From positions 24,911 through 88,910 of the forward strand of contig CAZMNA010000001.1 of the NCBI GenBank assembly GCA_964567555.1: a stretch of 64,000 nucleotides of DNA. The letters run 5' to 3'. The notes below the pieces were generated by a model. The model had not been told where the DNA came from. It was given only the letters and a program-made list of their open reading frames with translations, and did no database searches. The DNA is from an uncultured Candidatus Saccharibacteria bacterium (lineage in GTDB: Bacteria; Patescibacteriota; Saccharimonadia; Saccharimonadales; UBA10212). Positions within the stretch are counted from its first letter, which is position 1, and each line of letters opens with the position of its first letter. This document shows, piece by piece, positions 44,045 to 51,864 of this stretch. Both the position numbers and the translations under genes were made by a program.

Positions 44045-44121
44045 TGGTACCCCGGGCAGGATTCGAACCTGCAACCTAGTGGATAGAAGCCACTCGCTCT
44101 AATCCGTTGAGCTACCGGGGC
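44045..44121 (-). tRNA. tRNA-Arg (anticodon UCU)
   Basis: Reverse complement GCCCCGGTAGCTCAACGGATTAGAGCGAGTGGCTTCTATCCACTAGGTTGCAGGTTCGAATCCTGCCCGGGGTACCA. Confidence 0.9.
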
Positions 44122-44275
44122 GCAGCATTTCTATTATATAGAAATGCAAGCCAAAAAAATGGGGTCCCCGAAAAGCTGTGCTTTTTGGGGAAGAGTAGTA
44201 GCCATGCAAGACCCCGCTAAATTCGCGCCACTTGACTCGGGCGAATTTATAGCGGGGTTGAATTGTGCTAGGACG

Positions 44276-44350
44276 TGGTGCGGGTGGAGGGAGTCGAACC
44301 CTCGTCGCCAGTTTGGAAAACTGGAATAATGGCCGTTATACCACACCCGC
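44276..44350 (-). tRNA. tRNA-Gly (anticodon UCC)
   Basis: Reverse complement GCGGGTGTGGTATAACGGCCATTATTCCAGTTTTCCAAACTGGCGACGAGGGTTCGACTCCCTCCACCCGCACCA. Confidence 0.9.
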
Positions 44351-44430
44351 TTCACCCCAATAATTCTACAAGTAATTAGAGCTACTGCGCAAAGTTGGTT
44401 TTTTAGGTAACCTATGTTTTACTGAGATTA

Positions 44431-44667
44431 ATGGCTGGTGAAACTGTTCCTTTTGGCGAGAGGGAGAGGGAGGACGGCTTTGCAGTACGTCTTCGTGTGA
44501 GTAGTAAACTTGAAGAGCTTAGACAGCGGCAATATCAGCGTGAGCTTGCTGAGGCAGAAGCTGAAAGAGTCCGACGGATTAAAGAGAAGGAAACCAAGGC
44601 ATACAGCGTTGAGACCGATGCTGCGATTGGCAGAACCGCGCTAAGAGAAGCAGTTGACTCGGCTTAG
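44431..44667 (+). CDS. hypothetical charged/coiled small protein
   Basis: 78-aa ORF between tRNAs. No motif recognised. Weak support. Confidence 0.3.
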   Translation: MAGETVPFGEREREDGFAVRLRVSSKLEELRQRQYQRELAEAEAERVRRIKEKETKAYSVETDAAIGRTALREAVDSA

Positions 44668-44826
44668 GTAAATCACCCCTGTTGGTGGTACAATTTGACG
44701 GGTTAATGTGCTAATACAATTTTGCAAGCCAAGCAGAGCTTCTTGTAAAATTGAGAGGAGGAATCTAGGCTCAAGCCAAAGCTTTTACTGCAGGTAAAAC
44801 GAGGCAGAGCCGTCAGTTCCGACGAG

Positions 44827-44903
44827 GTGGCTGTAGCTCAGCTGGTTAGAGCGTCAGTTTGTGGTACTGAAAGTCGTGGGTTCAAATCCCATCAGCCACC
44901 CCA
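44827..44903 (+). tRNA. tRNA-His (anticodon GUG) with encoded G-1
   Basis: gGTGGCTGTAGCTCAGCTGGTTAGAGCGTCAGTTTGTGGTACTGAAAGTCGTGGGTTCAAATCCCATCAGCCACCCCA. The extra 5' G pairs with C73. Confidence 0.9.
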
Positions 44904-44913
44904 GAATTAAATC

Positions 44914-45450
44914 ATGCCAAATTTATTAAACCCATTCTCTAAACCTATTGGCCGCGGCGGCCAGCGCCCCAGAACCGAAGCGGAATATAACCGCTACATA
45001 TTGCAAACTATCCAGCCGGGCCTGGCTGGTCTTATGGATGGTTCTGTCTCTACCCTTGCGCCAATATTTGCTGTAGCCTTTGCCACCCACAAACCGCACT
45101 TTGCTTTTGTGACTGGCGTTGCCGCAGCGGTGGGTGCCGGTATATCCATGGCCTTTGCCGAAGCATTAAGTGACACTGGTGAACTAACCGGCCGCGGCCG
45201 GCCACTGCGCCGCGGCATCATCATTGGCGCCATGACTTTCTTGGGTGGTATTTTTCATACCCTGCCCTTTTTGTTTGGCAACATCCACCACGCTCTAATT
45301 GTGGCTTATTTTATAGTGGGCGTTGAGCTCATGACCATTGCCTACATCCGCTATAAATACTTTGCCATGCGTTTTTGGCTTAGCATTTTGCAAGTTATCG
45401 TCGGCGGCGGGCTGGTCTTTGCCGCCGGCATCTTGATAGGTACCTCCTAG
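44914..45450 (+). CDS. VIT1/CCC1-family membrane protein (short form)
   Basis: GLMDGSVSTLAPIFAVAFAT and GAGISMAFAEALSD resemble VIT-family motifs. Three or four TMs. Confidence 0.6.
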   Translation: MPNLLNPFSKPIGRGGQRPRTEAEYNRYILQTIQPGLAGLMDGSVSTLAPIFAVAFATHKPHFAFVTGVAAAVGAGISMAFAEALSDTGELTGRGRPLRRGIIIGAMTFLGGIFHTLPFLFGNIHHALIVAYFIVGVELMTIAYIRYKYFAMRFWLSILQVIVGGGLVFAAGILIGTS

Positions 45451-45520
45451 TTATCCACAAACGAGCAGCTTAAGAGTTGCAAGCTGAGCGTTTTTGCTTA
45501 TGCTTAAGGTATAGATTTAA
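45451..45520 (+). promoter_or_regulatory. conserved upstream module of leader-family cassette 1 (TTATCCACA ... TTGCAA ... TTTTTGCTTATGCTTAAGGTATAGATTTAA)
   Basis: The same ordered blocks recur at 46279-46350 and 48775-48845. Confidence 0.5.
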
Positions 45521-45541
45521 AAAATTAGAATCAGAATAAAA

Positions 45542-46243
45542 ATGAAAAAGTTTAATAAAAATATGTTTGGTTACGCTCACCATGTGCTACTTGGTGTTTT
45601 GGTGGTAGCGGTTATAGTCTTAGCCGGTGTTAAAGTCTTGACCGGCACACGTGCCCAAACACCGGCTGTTAGCGCGAGCATTGGTACTGCAGCCTCATTT
45701 ACTGCGACGCCGGACCAGCTAAAAGCTCTTGCTGTCAGCAACAAAACGACTTTGTCTTCAGCAGAAGCTGGCCGACAGGTCTGCCCGGAAGTATCGGGAG
45801 AGAAACAGCTCAAATCGCTAAATAAACAGGTCCGCAATGCAATCAACGACTTCCGCAAGAATAAAAGTCTCCCGACGCTCAGCCGTTCCCTCAAGCTCAA
45901 CGCGTCGGCCCGGCAGCACTCAGAGGAAATGGACGCAAAAGCGTACTTCGACCATCCCTGCTATGACGGAACGGTGTTTTGGAAGCGGATCCAGCGCTAC
46001 TACTCCTCCACGAACTATTCGTACTGGACTGTTGGCGAGAATCTCGTGTGGTCGACGGGTAGCTTAAGCGCGGCCGACGCCCTGAAGCTGTGGATTGGAA
46101 GTCCTGAGCACCTGCGAAACCTGAAAGACCCGAACTGGCGTGACCTTGGTGTCTCTGCGGTACAAGCGACCAATGCGGGAGGCGTCTACGGCAACGGCAC
46201 CGTCACGATCATCACTACCGACTTCGGCGCGCGGCACAACTAG
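45542..46243 (+). CDS. leader-family protein 1: conserved N-terminal signal-anchor plus CAP/SCP domain
   Basis: MKKFNKNMFGYAHHVLLGVLVVAVIVLAGVKVLTG leader. CAP motifs NDFRKNKSLPTLS..HSEEM..YFDH..GENL..SPEHLRNL. The 3' two-thirds is visibly more GC-rich. Confidence 0.8.
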   Translation: MKKFNKNMFGYAHHVLLGVLVVAVIVLAGVKVLTGTRAQTPAVSASIGTAASFTATPDQLKALAVSNKTTLSSAEAGRQVCPEVSGEKQLKSLNKQVRNAINDFRKNKSLPTLSRSLKLNASARQHSEEMDAKAYFDHPCYDGTVFWKRIQRYYSSTNYSYWTVGENLVWSTGSLSAADALKLWIGSPEHLRNLKDPNWRDLGVSAVQATNAGGVYGNGTVTIITTDFGARHN

Positions 46244-46278
46244 TCTTTTTAGTCGGCACCTTACATTGGCAATTCAAA

Positions 46279-46350
46279 TTATCCACAAGTGAGCAATTTA
46301 GTTGTTGCAATTACCTCATTTTTGCTTATGCTTTAAGCATAGGTCTATAA
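46279..46350 (+). promoter_or_regulatory. conserved upstream module of leader-family cassette 2
   Basis: TTATCCACA (46279-46287), GTTGCAA, TTTTTGCTTATGCTTTAAGCATAGGTCTATAA. Confidence 0.5.
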
Positions 46351-46371
46351 GAACAAAAACAGGATTAATAA

Positions 46372-47226
46372 ATGAAAAGTTTTAGTAAAAATATGTTCGG
46401 GTTCGCGCATCATGCGCTGCTTGGTGTAGTTGTGGTAGCAGTGATTGCCCTTGCGGGTGTTAGAGTTCTAACTGCCACACACGCCGCCAGCGGAACAACT
46501 GGTGTATTGGGCTATTTTCAGACAAATGATAATCAGGCATGGCCAAACTCTCAACACTACGCAACACTTGACGTTGCCGTACCATATGCTCGACATGCTA
46601 AAAAGGTTGTATGGTATCGAGATAAAGTCAGTGATGCCACGCGTATCGCAACTACTTTCACGCATACTAAGGCCACCGTAAACAATGGCTACATGGAGCA
46701 TTTCAAATACATATGGAAGATATCTTATGCTAGTGCGAATTTATACCGCTGGGTGGCAGTGATATATCCCTCCTCGGGCAATCCACTCCCTGCTGTGGCT
46801 ACTGACGAGCATGGCAAGACGATAAATTACCTTGATACGCTTGTTACAGGGAATGGGGGTTTTTGGGATAGCAAATTTATTCATCCGGCAAATAATGCTG
46901 TTTGGAAGGCGTGCGACCAAAGCAACTTCCTTCGGGTAGAAATCCGTGCTCAAGACGTTGATGTCCAAAATATTAAGGCGGTACAGTTCATTAACAAATC
47001 TGACACCGATGCTATACAGTACACGGTCACCAGCCCTGCATATGTCCACGACGGCCCTTCGTTTCATAAATATGTTGGCTATGACTACTACCCGGTGGGT
47101 GCCGGATGTTTGAAAAAGGGTCCTTACCACTGGATAGCTAGGGTAATAGGTACCAACGGGGGCGTCAATTTAGCTTTAGATCACAGTAATGCTGGTGTTT
47201 ACTACCTGGACTTAACTGCGAAATGA
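46372..47226 (+). CDS. leader-family protein 2 (secreted/anchored, unknown function)
   Basis: MKSFSKNMFGFAHHALLGVVVVAVIALAGVRVLT leader. Shares the YRWVAVIYPSSGN / YLDTLV block with members 3 and 4. Confidence 0.75.
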   Translation: MKSFSKNMFGFAHHALLGVVVVAVIALAGVRVLTATHAASGTTGVLGYFQTNDNQAWPNSQHYATLDVAVPYARHAKKVVWYRDKVSDATRIATTFTHTKATVNNGYMEHFKYIWKISYASANLYRWVAVIYPSSGNPLPAVATDEHGKTINYLDTLVTGNGGFWDSKFIHPANNAVWKACDQSNFLRVEIRAQDVDVQNIKAVQFINKSDTDAIQYTVTSPAYVHDGPSFHKYVGYDYYPVGAGCLKKGPYHWIARVIGTNGGVNLALDHSNAGVYYLDLTAK

Positions 47227-47274
47227 ATTAAAGGTAACTAAAATGAAAAGCTTTACGAAAACGAAGGGATAAAA

Positions 47275-48036
47275 ATGAAAAAACTAAACAAAAATCTAGC
47301 CGGCTTTGCCCATCACGCTCTTTTAGGCGTAGTAGTTATAGCTGTAATTGCCCTAGCGGGCGTTAAAGTTCTGACCGGAATTCATGCGGCAAACGTCCCT
47401 AGTGTCGGCTCTTTTGCGTTCGCAAAGGAACTGTCATATGTGGAACCCAAAAATAGCAATCAGTCAGCATGGATTCAGCTTGCTGTACAAATTTCCAACA
47501 CTATAAAAGTTAAAAAAGTAGAGTTTTATTCATCTAATCTAAACAAAAGTTCTTTGGTCGCTGCCGTTTATCAACCGACTAAAAACGTAAATAACGATAG
47601 GGCGAATAATTATTTCGTCTATTTTTGGGATGCTTACCGTGCCCGCGCTGGCGGTTACCATTGGCTTGCAGAAATTTACCCCGCTCATGGCAGTAAGTAT
47701 TTGGCTGTCAACAACAAACTCAAACCGTACTTAGATATACTCAACATCGGACATGGTCCAGTGCATGGTAGTTATGCAGGCACTGCTTGTGGCGGTAACT
47801 ACACAGCAATCAATGTTGACGACTATTACAAAACCAGGCAGATAGATTTGTACTACCTCGTAAAAGGAAAAGACTTTGTTAAATATCACAGCTCTACTCA
47901 GGCACACTCTGTAAACAATAAAAACAATACGGCGGTCTATTGTGCTCGATACCCATCGGGGAATGTTAACTACGATGACGGCCCATATTACGTGGTTGTA
48001 ACTAATTCTGGGTTGACCAGGCTGGTACCATATTAA
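47275..48036 (+). CDS. leader-family protein 3
   Basis: MKKLNKNLAGFAHHALLGVVVIAVIALAGVKVLTGIHA leader. YHWLAEIYPAHGSKYLAVNNKLKPYLDIL block. Preceded by a 9-codon leader fragment (47243-47272, MKSFTKTKG*). Confidence 0.75.
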   Translation: MKKLNKNLAGFAHHALLGVVVIAVIALAGVKVLTGIHAANVPSVGSFAFAKELSYVEPKNSNQSAWIQLAVQISNTIKVKKVEFYSSNLNKSSLVAAVYQPTKNVNNDRANNYFVYFWDAYRARAGGYHWLAEIYPAHGSKYLAVNNKLKPYLDILNIGHGPVHGSYAGTACGGNYTAINVDDYYKTRQIDLYYLVKGKDFVKYHSSTQAHSVNNKNNTAVYCARYPSGNVNYDDGPYYVVVTNSGLTRLVPY

Positions 48037-48106
48037 CCTTTTCTATCAAACCTCTGCGAACAAGAAGATATAAAAAAACTTCAAGAAAAATATGTACGGT
48101 TAGAAA

Positions 48107-48742
48107 TTAAGTAGCAAGCTTTAGAACTAAAAGTGTTGCTAACGGCACGGTTAAGTTGTCCAGCCCAAGAGGGGTGATGTTTTCCACTGCCGCTAGTGCC
48201 GGCGGTAAGAAAATTAAAAGTAATCCATAGTTATGGCTGCCGGTAGATAGTAATCCTATCCCTAAAATTAAGACGGAAGCCAGCCAAAAGGCCATTGTCC
48301 CAATTACTGTCTTGGTTTGGCCAAATGCCTTGTAGCCCCAATTCTTTCCAAAGCGAGTGCCAAATACCGCCGCAAAGCCGTCCGCGAGTGACGTCTGCAA
48401 AATAGCAAGAGAAAAGAAAACCTTATCGTGAGTCAAAAAAGCGCAAGTTATAACGGCTAAAGCCAAGCAAATCCCGCCTAAGCTTTTTTTTCTAAGGTTG
48501 GCTCCGTAATGCAGTACCCTATCAACATAATTGTTAGTACCGAGCACAACCAACATCAGCACACCCATGATTTGGATTTGGTGCCAAGAAAGCAGCCACG
48601 GCCAAGTGGCAAAAAAGGTACCAGCCAACACGTGGACGAACTTACGCTGGTACTCACCCCGCAGTACATTTGCCCGCCAAAGCAGTTCCGCAAAAACCAA
48701 AATCCCCAGTACGCCGCAAAAACAAGCAATAAACGCAAGCAT
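48107..48742 (-). CDS. CTP-dependent cytidylyltransferase/polyprenol-kinase family membrane protein (CdsA/dolichol-kinase-like)
   Basis: RKFVHVLAG and LADGFAAVFGTRFGK motifs. Multi-TM. Start trimmed to MLAFIAC because the ORF-track extension covers cassette 4's conserved upstream module. Confidence 0.6.
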   Translation of the reverse strand: MLAFIACFCGVLGILVFAELLWRANVLRGEYQRKFVHVLAGTFFATWPWLLSWHQIQIMGVLMLVVLGTNNYVDRVLHYGANLRKKSLGGICLALAVITCAFLTHDKVFFSLAILQTSLADGFAAVFGTRFGKNWGYKAFGQTKTVIGTMAFWLASVLILGIGLLSTGSHNYGLLLIFLPPALAAVENITPLGLDNLTVPLATLLVLKLAT

Positions 48743-48774
48743 TACATTCAATTGTATATTAATGTCTCTTTTGG

Positions 48775-48845
48775 TTATCCACAGTGCGCTTAATTTGACC
48801 TTGTAATCTGTCAGGTTTTGCTTATGCTTAAGGTATAGATTTAAT
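48775..48845 (+). promoter_or_regulatory. conserved upstream module of leader-family cassette 4
   Basis: TTATCCACA (48775-48783), TTGTAA, GTTTTGCTTATGCTTAAGGTATAGATTTAA. Confidence 0.5.
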
Positions 48846-48856
48846 AGAAAGTTAAA

Positions 48857-49678
48857 ATGCAAAAACTATCAAAAAAACTCGGCGGCTTTGCCCATCACGC
48901 TCTTTTAGGTGTAGTAGTTATAGCTGTAATTGCCCTAGCGGGCGTAAAAGTTTTGACTGGTATTCATGCTGCCAGTCCGCCAAATAGTGTCGGCTATTTC
49001 GCCCCCGATGAAAATACTGCTTTTGCTAACAAAAATAATGTGGAACAACTTGCCGTAAGGGTCGATAAGAGCATTAAAGTCAACAAGGTCGAGTGGTATC
49101 TAAACAACACGAAGCCTAGTTCTCTTCAAGCAACTACAGATAGAGGTACCACAATAAGCAACGTTAAAAGTTATGCATATAACTGGAAAGTCACGAATCT
49201 GGGTGCCGGTTCTTACCATTGGCTAGCAAAAATTTACACCCCTACTGGTAATAGCTTGGCACTTAACAACCAGGGTAATCGGCATTTGGATGCTTTAGTA
49301 ATTGGAGCGGGTGGCTGGGCCGGTAAATTTGCACAAAAACAGCACGAAGATGTCTCCAATAATAAACCAACAGCACCAATAGACGTTGTAACTAACGAGT
49401 GTAATTACCCCAAACCGCCCGTAGTGGAATGGTATATCGGCAACACCAAGGTAGCGTCTTCAAGCCATCCCATTTCGGATGTGGTACCTATTGTCAATAT
49501 AGATTGCGGTTTGTTTAACAATCAGCAACACCATATATTGACTTTCCGGTACAATTTTCCGACGACTGGTATAACTGGCCCTGTCACGTTTTATGCAAAA
49601 GTCATTGACTCAAATGGTAAAGCTAGGCTCGCTACCAACAATCAAGGCGATTACTACTTAACAATACACATACATTAA
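48857..49678 (+). CDS. leader-family protein 4
   Basis: MQKLSKKLGGFAHHALLGVVVIAVIALAGVKVLTGIHA leader (nucleotide-identical stretch with member 3). YHWLAKIYTPTGNSLALNNQGNRHLDALV block. Confidence 0.75.
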   Translation: MQKLSKKLGGFAHHALLGVVVIAVIALAGVKVLTGIHAASPPNSVGYFAPDENTAFANKNNVEQLAVRVDKSIKVNKVEWYLNNTKPSSLQATTDRGTTISNVKSYAYNWKVTNLGAGSYHWLAKIYTPTGNSLALNNQGNRHLDALVIGAGGWAGKFAQKQHEDVSNNKPTAPIDVVTNECNYPKPPVVEWYIGNTKVASSSHPISDVVPIVNIDCGLFNNQQHHILTFRYNFPTTGITGPVTFYAKVIDSNGKARLATNNQGDYYLTIHIH

Positions 49679-49776
49679 CAATGGTAAAAAAGCATATTGT
49701 CTGAACGGCACACATGTTTGGTTCCAGTGTTCAAAGAGCTTTACGATAAAGAAATAGATAAAAGAAGCAAAAAAGG

Positions 49777-50231
49777 ATGAAAAACTTCAAGAAAAATATG
49801 TTCGGTGCGGAACGGGTATCTCTAAAAAAATTATAGATGGGAAGAAAGTAATCGTGTTGGGGCCAGCCACCCAGAAGAATACTCCAACAGCAAAGACTAA
49901 TCCCACCAACCCGTCCTCTCTAAGAAACTTTATAGCACATACAGGCCAACATTACTGGACATGCTATGTTGTCAGAGCCCCCGAAGGAGATAATGGTGTG
50001 TATTTATATAACGTATCTCTTAAATACAATACCGACGTTAGTGTATATGTTCTTACAGGAGTTAAGACAAAAGTTCCAAAAACCTCAAAGTTTCATCAAC
50101 ATTGTACAAACACGAATTCACAGGAAGCTCCTAAATCTTATCTAAAGGCGTCCTTCTTTGCAGTTGAAAATTTGGATCATAAACATAACATTTACGTCAA
50201 AGGCATGACTATTTATAGGAAGGCCAACTAG
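49777..50231 (+). pseudogene. degenerate fifth leader-family member (leader fragment plus detached body)
   Basis: 49777-49836 encodes MKNFKKNMFGAERVSLKKL* behind an AAGGA RBS. The separate ORF 49854-50231 carries a family-like block GQHYWTCYVVRAPEG. Confidence 0.45.
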
Positions 50232-50288
50232 TGCAACCCAGTAGCTAAGCCATGAAAAAAGTACCACTGATTGCTGGTACGTTTTTCA

Positions 50289-50365
50289 TGGTCGGGGTGA
50301 GCGGATTTGAACCGCTGGCCTCACCGTCCCGAACGGTGCGCGCTACCGGGCTGCGCCACACCCCG
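50289..50365 (-). tRNA. tRNA-Pro (anticodon CGG)
   Basis: Reverse complement CGGGGTGTGGCGCAGCCCGGTAGCGCGCACCGTTCGGGACGGTGAGGCCAGCGGTTCAAATCCGCTCACCCCGACCA. Confidence 0.9.
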
Positions 50366-50571
50366 CCAACTTTGAAGGACAACCTACGGTGCCATCACCC
50401 CACAAAAATAAATTTTGTGGGGACTCCGTTTTCCTTCAACGCTCGACCGGCAAAGCCGGGTTTGCAAGCAAACAAAATCGAGCTACTACCTTTCCCTCAA
50501 GGAAACAGTACGAATAGAGGTAATTATAACAAAGCTTTGCGGATTAAGATTATTCTTGGTATAAACCTCTT

Positions 50572-51366
50572 ATGCCTTTAAAACAAACATTTGCTGGTTC
50601 TTGGCAGGTTATCGCAATCAGCTTTAAAACCGTAGCGCATGATCCTCAGATTATTCTCTACCCGCTTTTGGCAGTTATTATTACCCCACTGCTCGGAACA
50701 TACCTTGGCAGGTCTATTTTTAGCCGTCTTTATAACGATGTTTTTAACACTGCCGGCATGGTTGTACCGCATCACGTCCGAGCTGTAGTTGGTTTGGTCA
50801 CCTTCTCTGCTTTTTACGCGGCCTTTATGGCAGCGCTTTTTACCTGCGCTGTATCCGCGGCAGTTATGGCCCGGCTGGAGCGGCGCTCGTTTAAACCGCT
50901 GGAGGGATTAACCCAAGTGCTGCATCACTTCTTTCGGGTTGCGCGTTTTGCCGTGTTGAGTGTCTTTTTATTCCCAGTTGGCATTTACTCACAGCGGCGT
51001 AAATTGCCCAAAGGTATGGTGGGCGTGCTTGGTAGCTCGCTGACCCTACACATGGCAAACCTGGCACCGGCTATTTTAACTACCAAAACGGCTTACGGCG
51101 CAACCGTCCGCGATTCTATAAATATTTTAGGGGCCAAATGGAAAGAAGGCCTGCTGCTAAAGGTTGGTATGTACGCCACCTTTACGCTAGCGGTGATTCT
51201 GCCCAAACTAATCCAACATCATTTCAGTCCGACAGCTAGCAACGCGGGCTGGGTGCTCAGCTTAGAATTTGGCGCCTCCGGCCTGGTGGTCTTTAAAGTT
51301 ATAAACGCTATTTTTACGACCGTGCTTTATCACCAAGCCAAAACTGATCAAGAAGCTAATCAATAA
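50572..51366 (+). CDS. hypothetical integral membrane protein
   Basis: Six or more hydrophobic segments. No motif recognised. Confidence 0.6.
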   Translation: MPLKQTFAGSWQVIAISFKTVAHDPQIILYPLLAVIITPLLGTYLGRSIFSRLYNDVFNTAGMVVPHHVRAVVGLVTFSAFYAAFMAALFTCAVSAAVMARLERRSFKPLEGLTQVLHHFFRVARFAVLSVFLFPVGIYSQRRKLPKGMVGVLGSSLTLHMANLAPAILTTKTAYGATVRDSINILGAKWKEGLLLKVGMYATFTLAVILPKLIQHHFSPTASNAGWVLSLEFGASGLVVFKVINAIFTTVLYHQAKTDQEANQ

Positions 51367-51369
51367 ATT

Positions 51370-51447
51370 TGGTCGGGGATGCCAGATTCGAACTGGCGAC
51401 CTCTCGCTCCCAAAGCGAGCGCGCTAGCCAAGCTGCGCCAATCCCCG
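51370..51447 (-). tRNA. tRNA-Pro (anticodon UGG)
   Basis: Reverse complement CGGGGATTGGCGCAGCTTGGCTAGCGCGCTCGCTTTGGGAGCGAGAGGTCGCCAGTTCGAATCTGGCATCCCCGACCA. Confidence 0.9.
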
Positions 51448-51825
51448 GTCTTCATGGCCTTCCTCATAATGTACAATTCTATGGCAATTTGCGCAAAGTA
51501 AAGTGCATTTTTCTACTTCCTCCTGCAATTTTTTGAAGCCGGCTCTATAGCGGAAGTCTGAAATGTTAAAGTCTTTGTTCTTTAGGTCTTTGTGGTGAAA
51601 GTCAAGAACGCGAAAATCTGAATTTCCGCAACTTTCGCACTTTCTTTGTTTCTTGTATTGCTCCAGCCAAGCCCTATGTCGCCTAATCAAGTCTCTTTTC
51701 GTTTCTCTGTAGCAATATCGGCATTTATGACGACGATAAACCCTGTCGGGTAAGGTAGCGGCCACCCCAAAATCTTTCTCGGGATATTTTTTGTGGCAAT
51801 AACGACACTCTTTAAGCACTATCAC
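51424..51825 (-). CDS. HNH endonuclease (Cys-rich)
   Basis: CRYC..CRYC..CESCG..DFHHKD..N..LLCANCHRIVH is an HNH/zinc-finger pattern. The last 8 codons overlap the 5' part of tRNA-Pro(UGG). Confidence 0.75.
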   Translation of the reverse strand: MIVLKECRYCHKKYPEKDFGVAATLPDRVYRRHKCRYCYRETKRDLIRRHRAWLEQYKKQRKCESCGNSDFRVLDFHHKDLKNKDFNISDFRYRAGFKKLQEEVEKCTLLCANCHRIVHYEEGHEDRGLAQLG

Positions 51826-51864
51826 ATTATAGTATTTTGGGATGCATTAATAAAGTCCCAAATA

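Noticed and set aside
44134-44355. Two overlapping ORFs (73 aa minus, 61 aa plus)
   Set aside because: Both overlap tRNA-Gly(UCC). Their sequences contain translated tRNA (..WRESNPRRQFGKLE) and have no independent support.
45451-48783. Replication origin (oriC) suggested by perfect DnaA-box 9-mers
   Set aside because: The boxes are spaced kilobases apart. Each is embedded in a duplicated gene-upstream module, and there is no dnaA/dnaN or AT-rich unwinding element nearby. They are treated as a possible regulatory motif instead.
48743-48862. N-terminal 40 codons of the 251-aa minus-strand ORF
   Set aside because: This AT-rich extension overlaps the conserved upstream module and the start codon of leader-family gene 4. 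The membrane protein more plausibly starts at MLAFIAC (48742).
50252-50581. 109-aa plus-strand ORF
   Set aside because: It reads through the complement of tRNA-Pro(CGG) (..GVSGFEPLASPSRTVRATGLRHTP..) and is an artefact.
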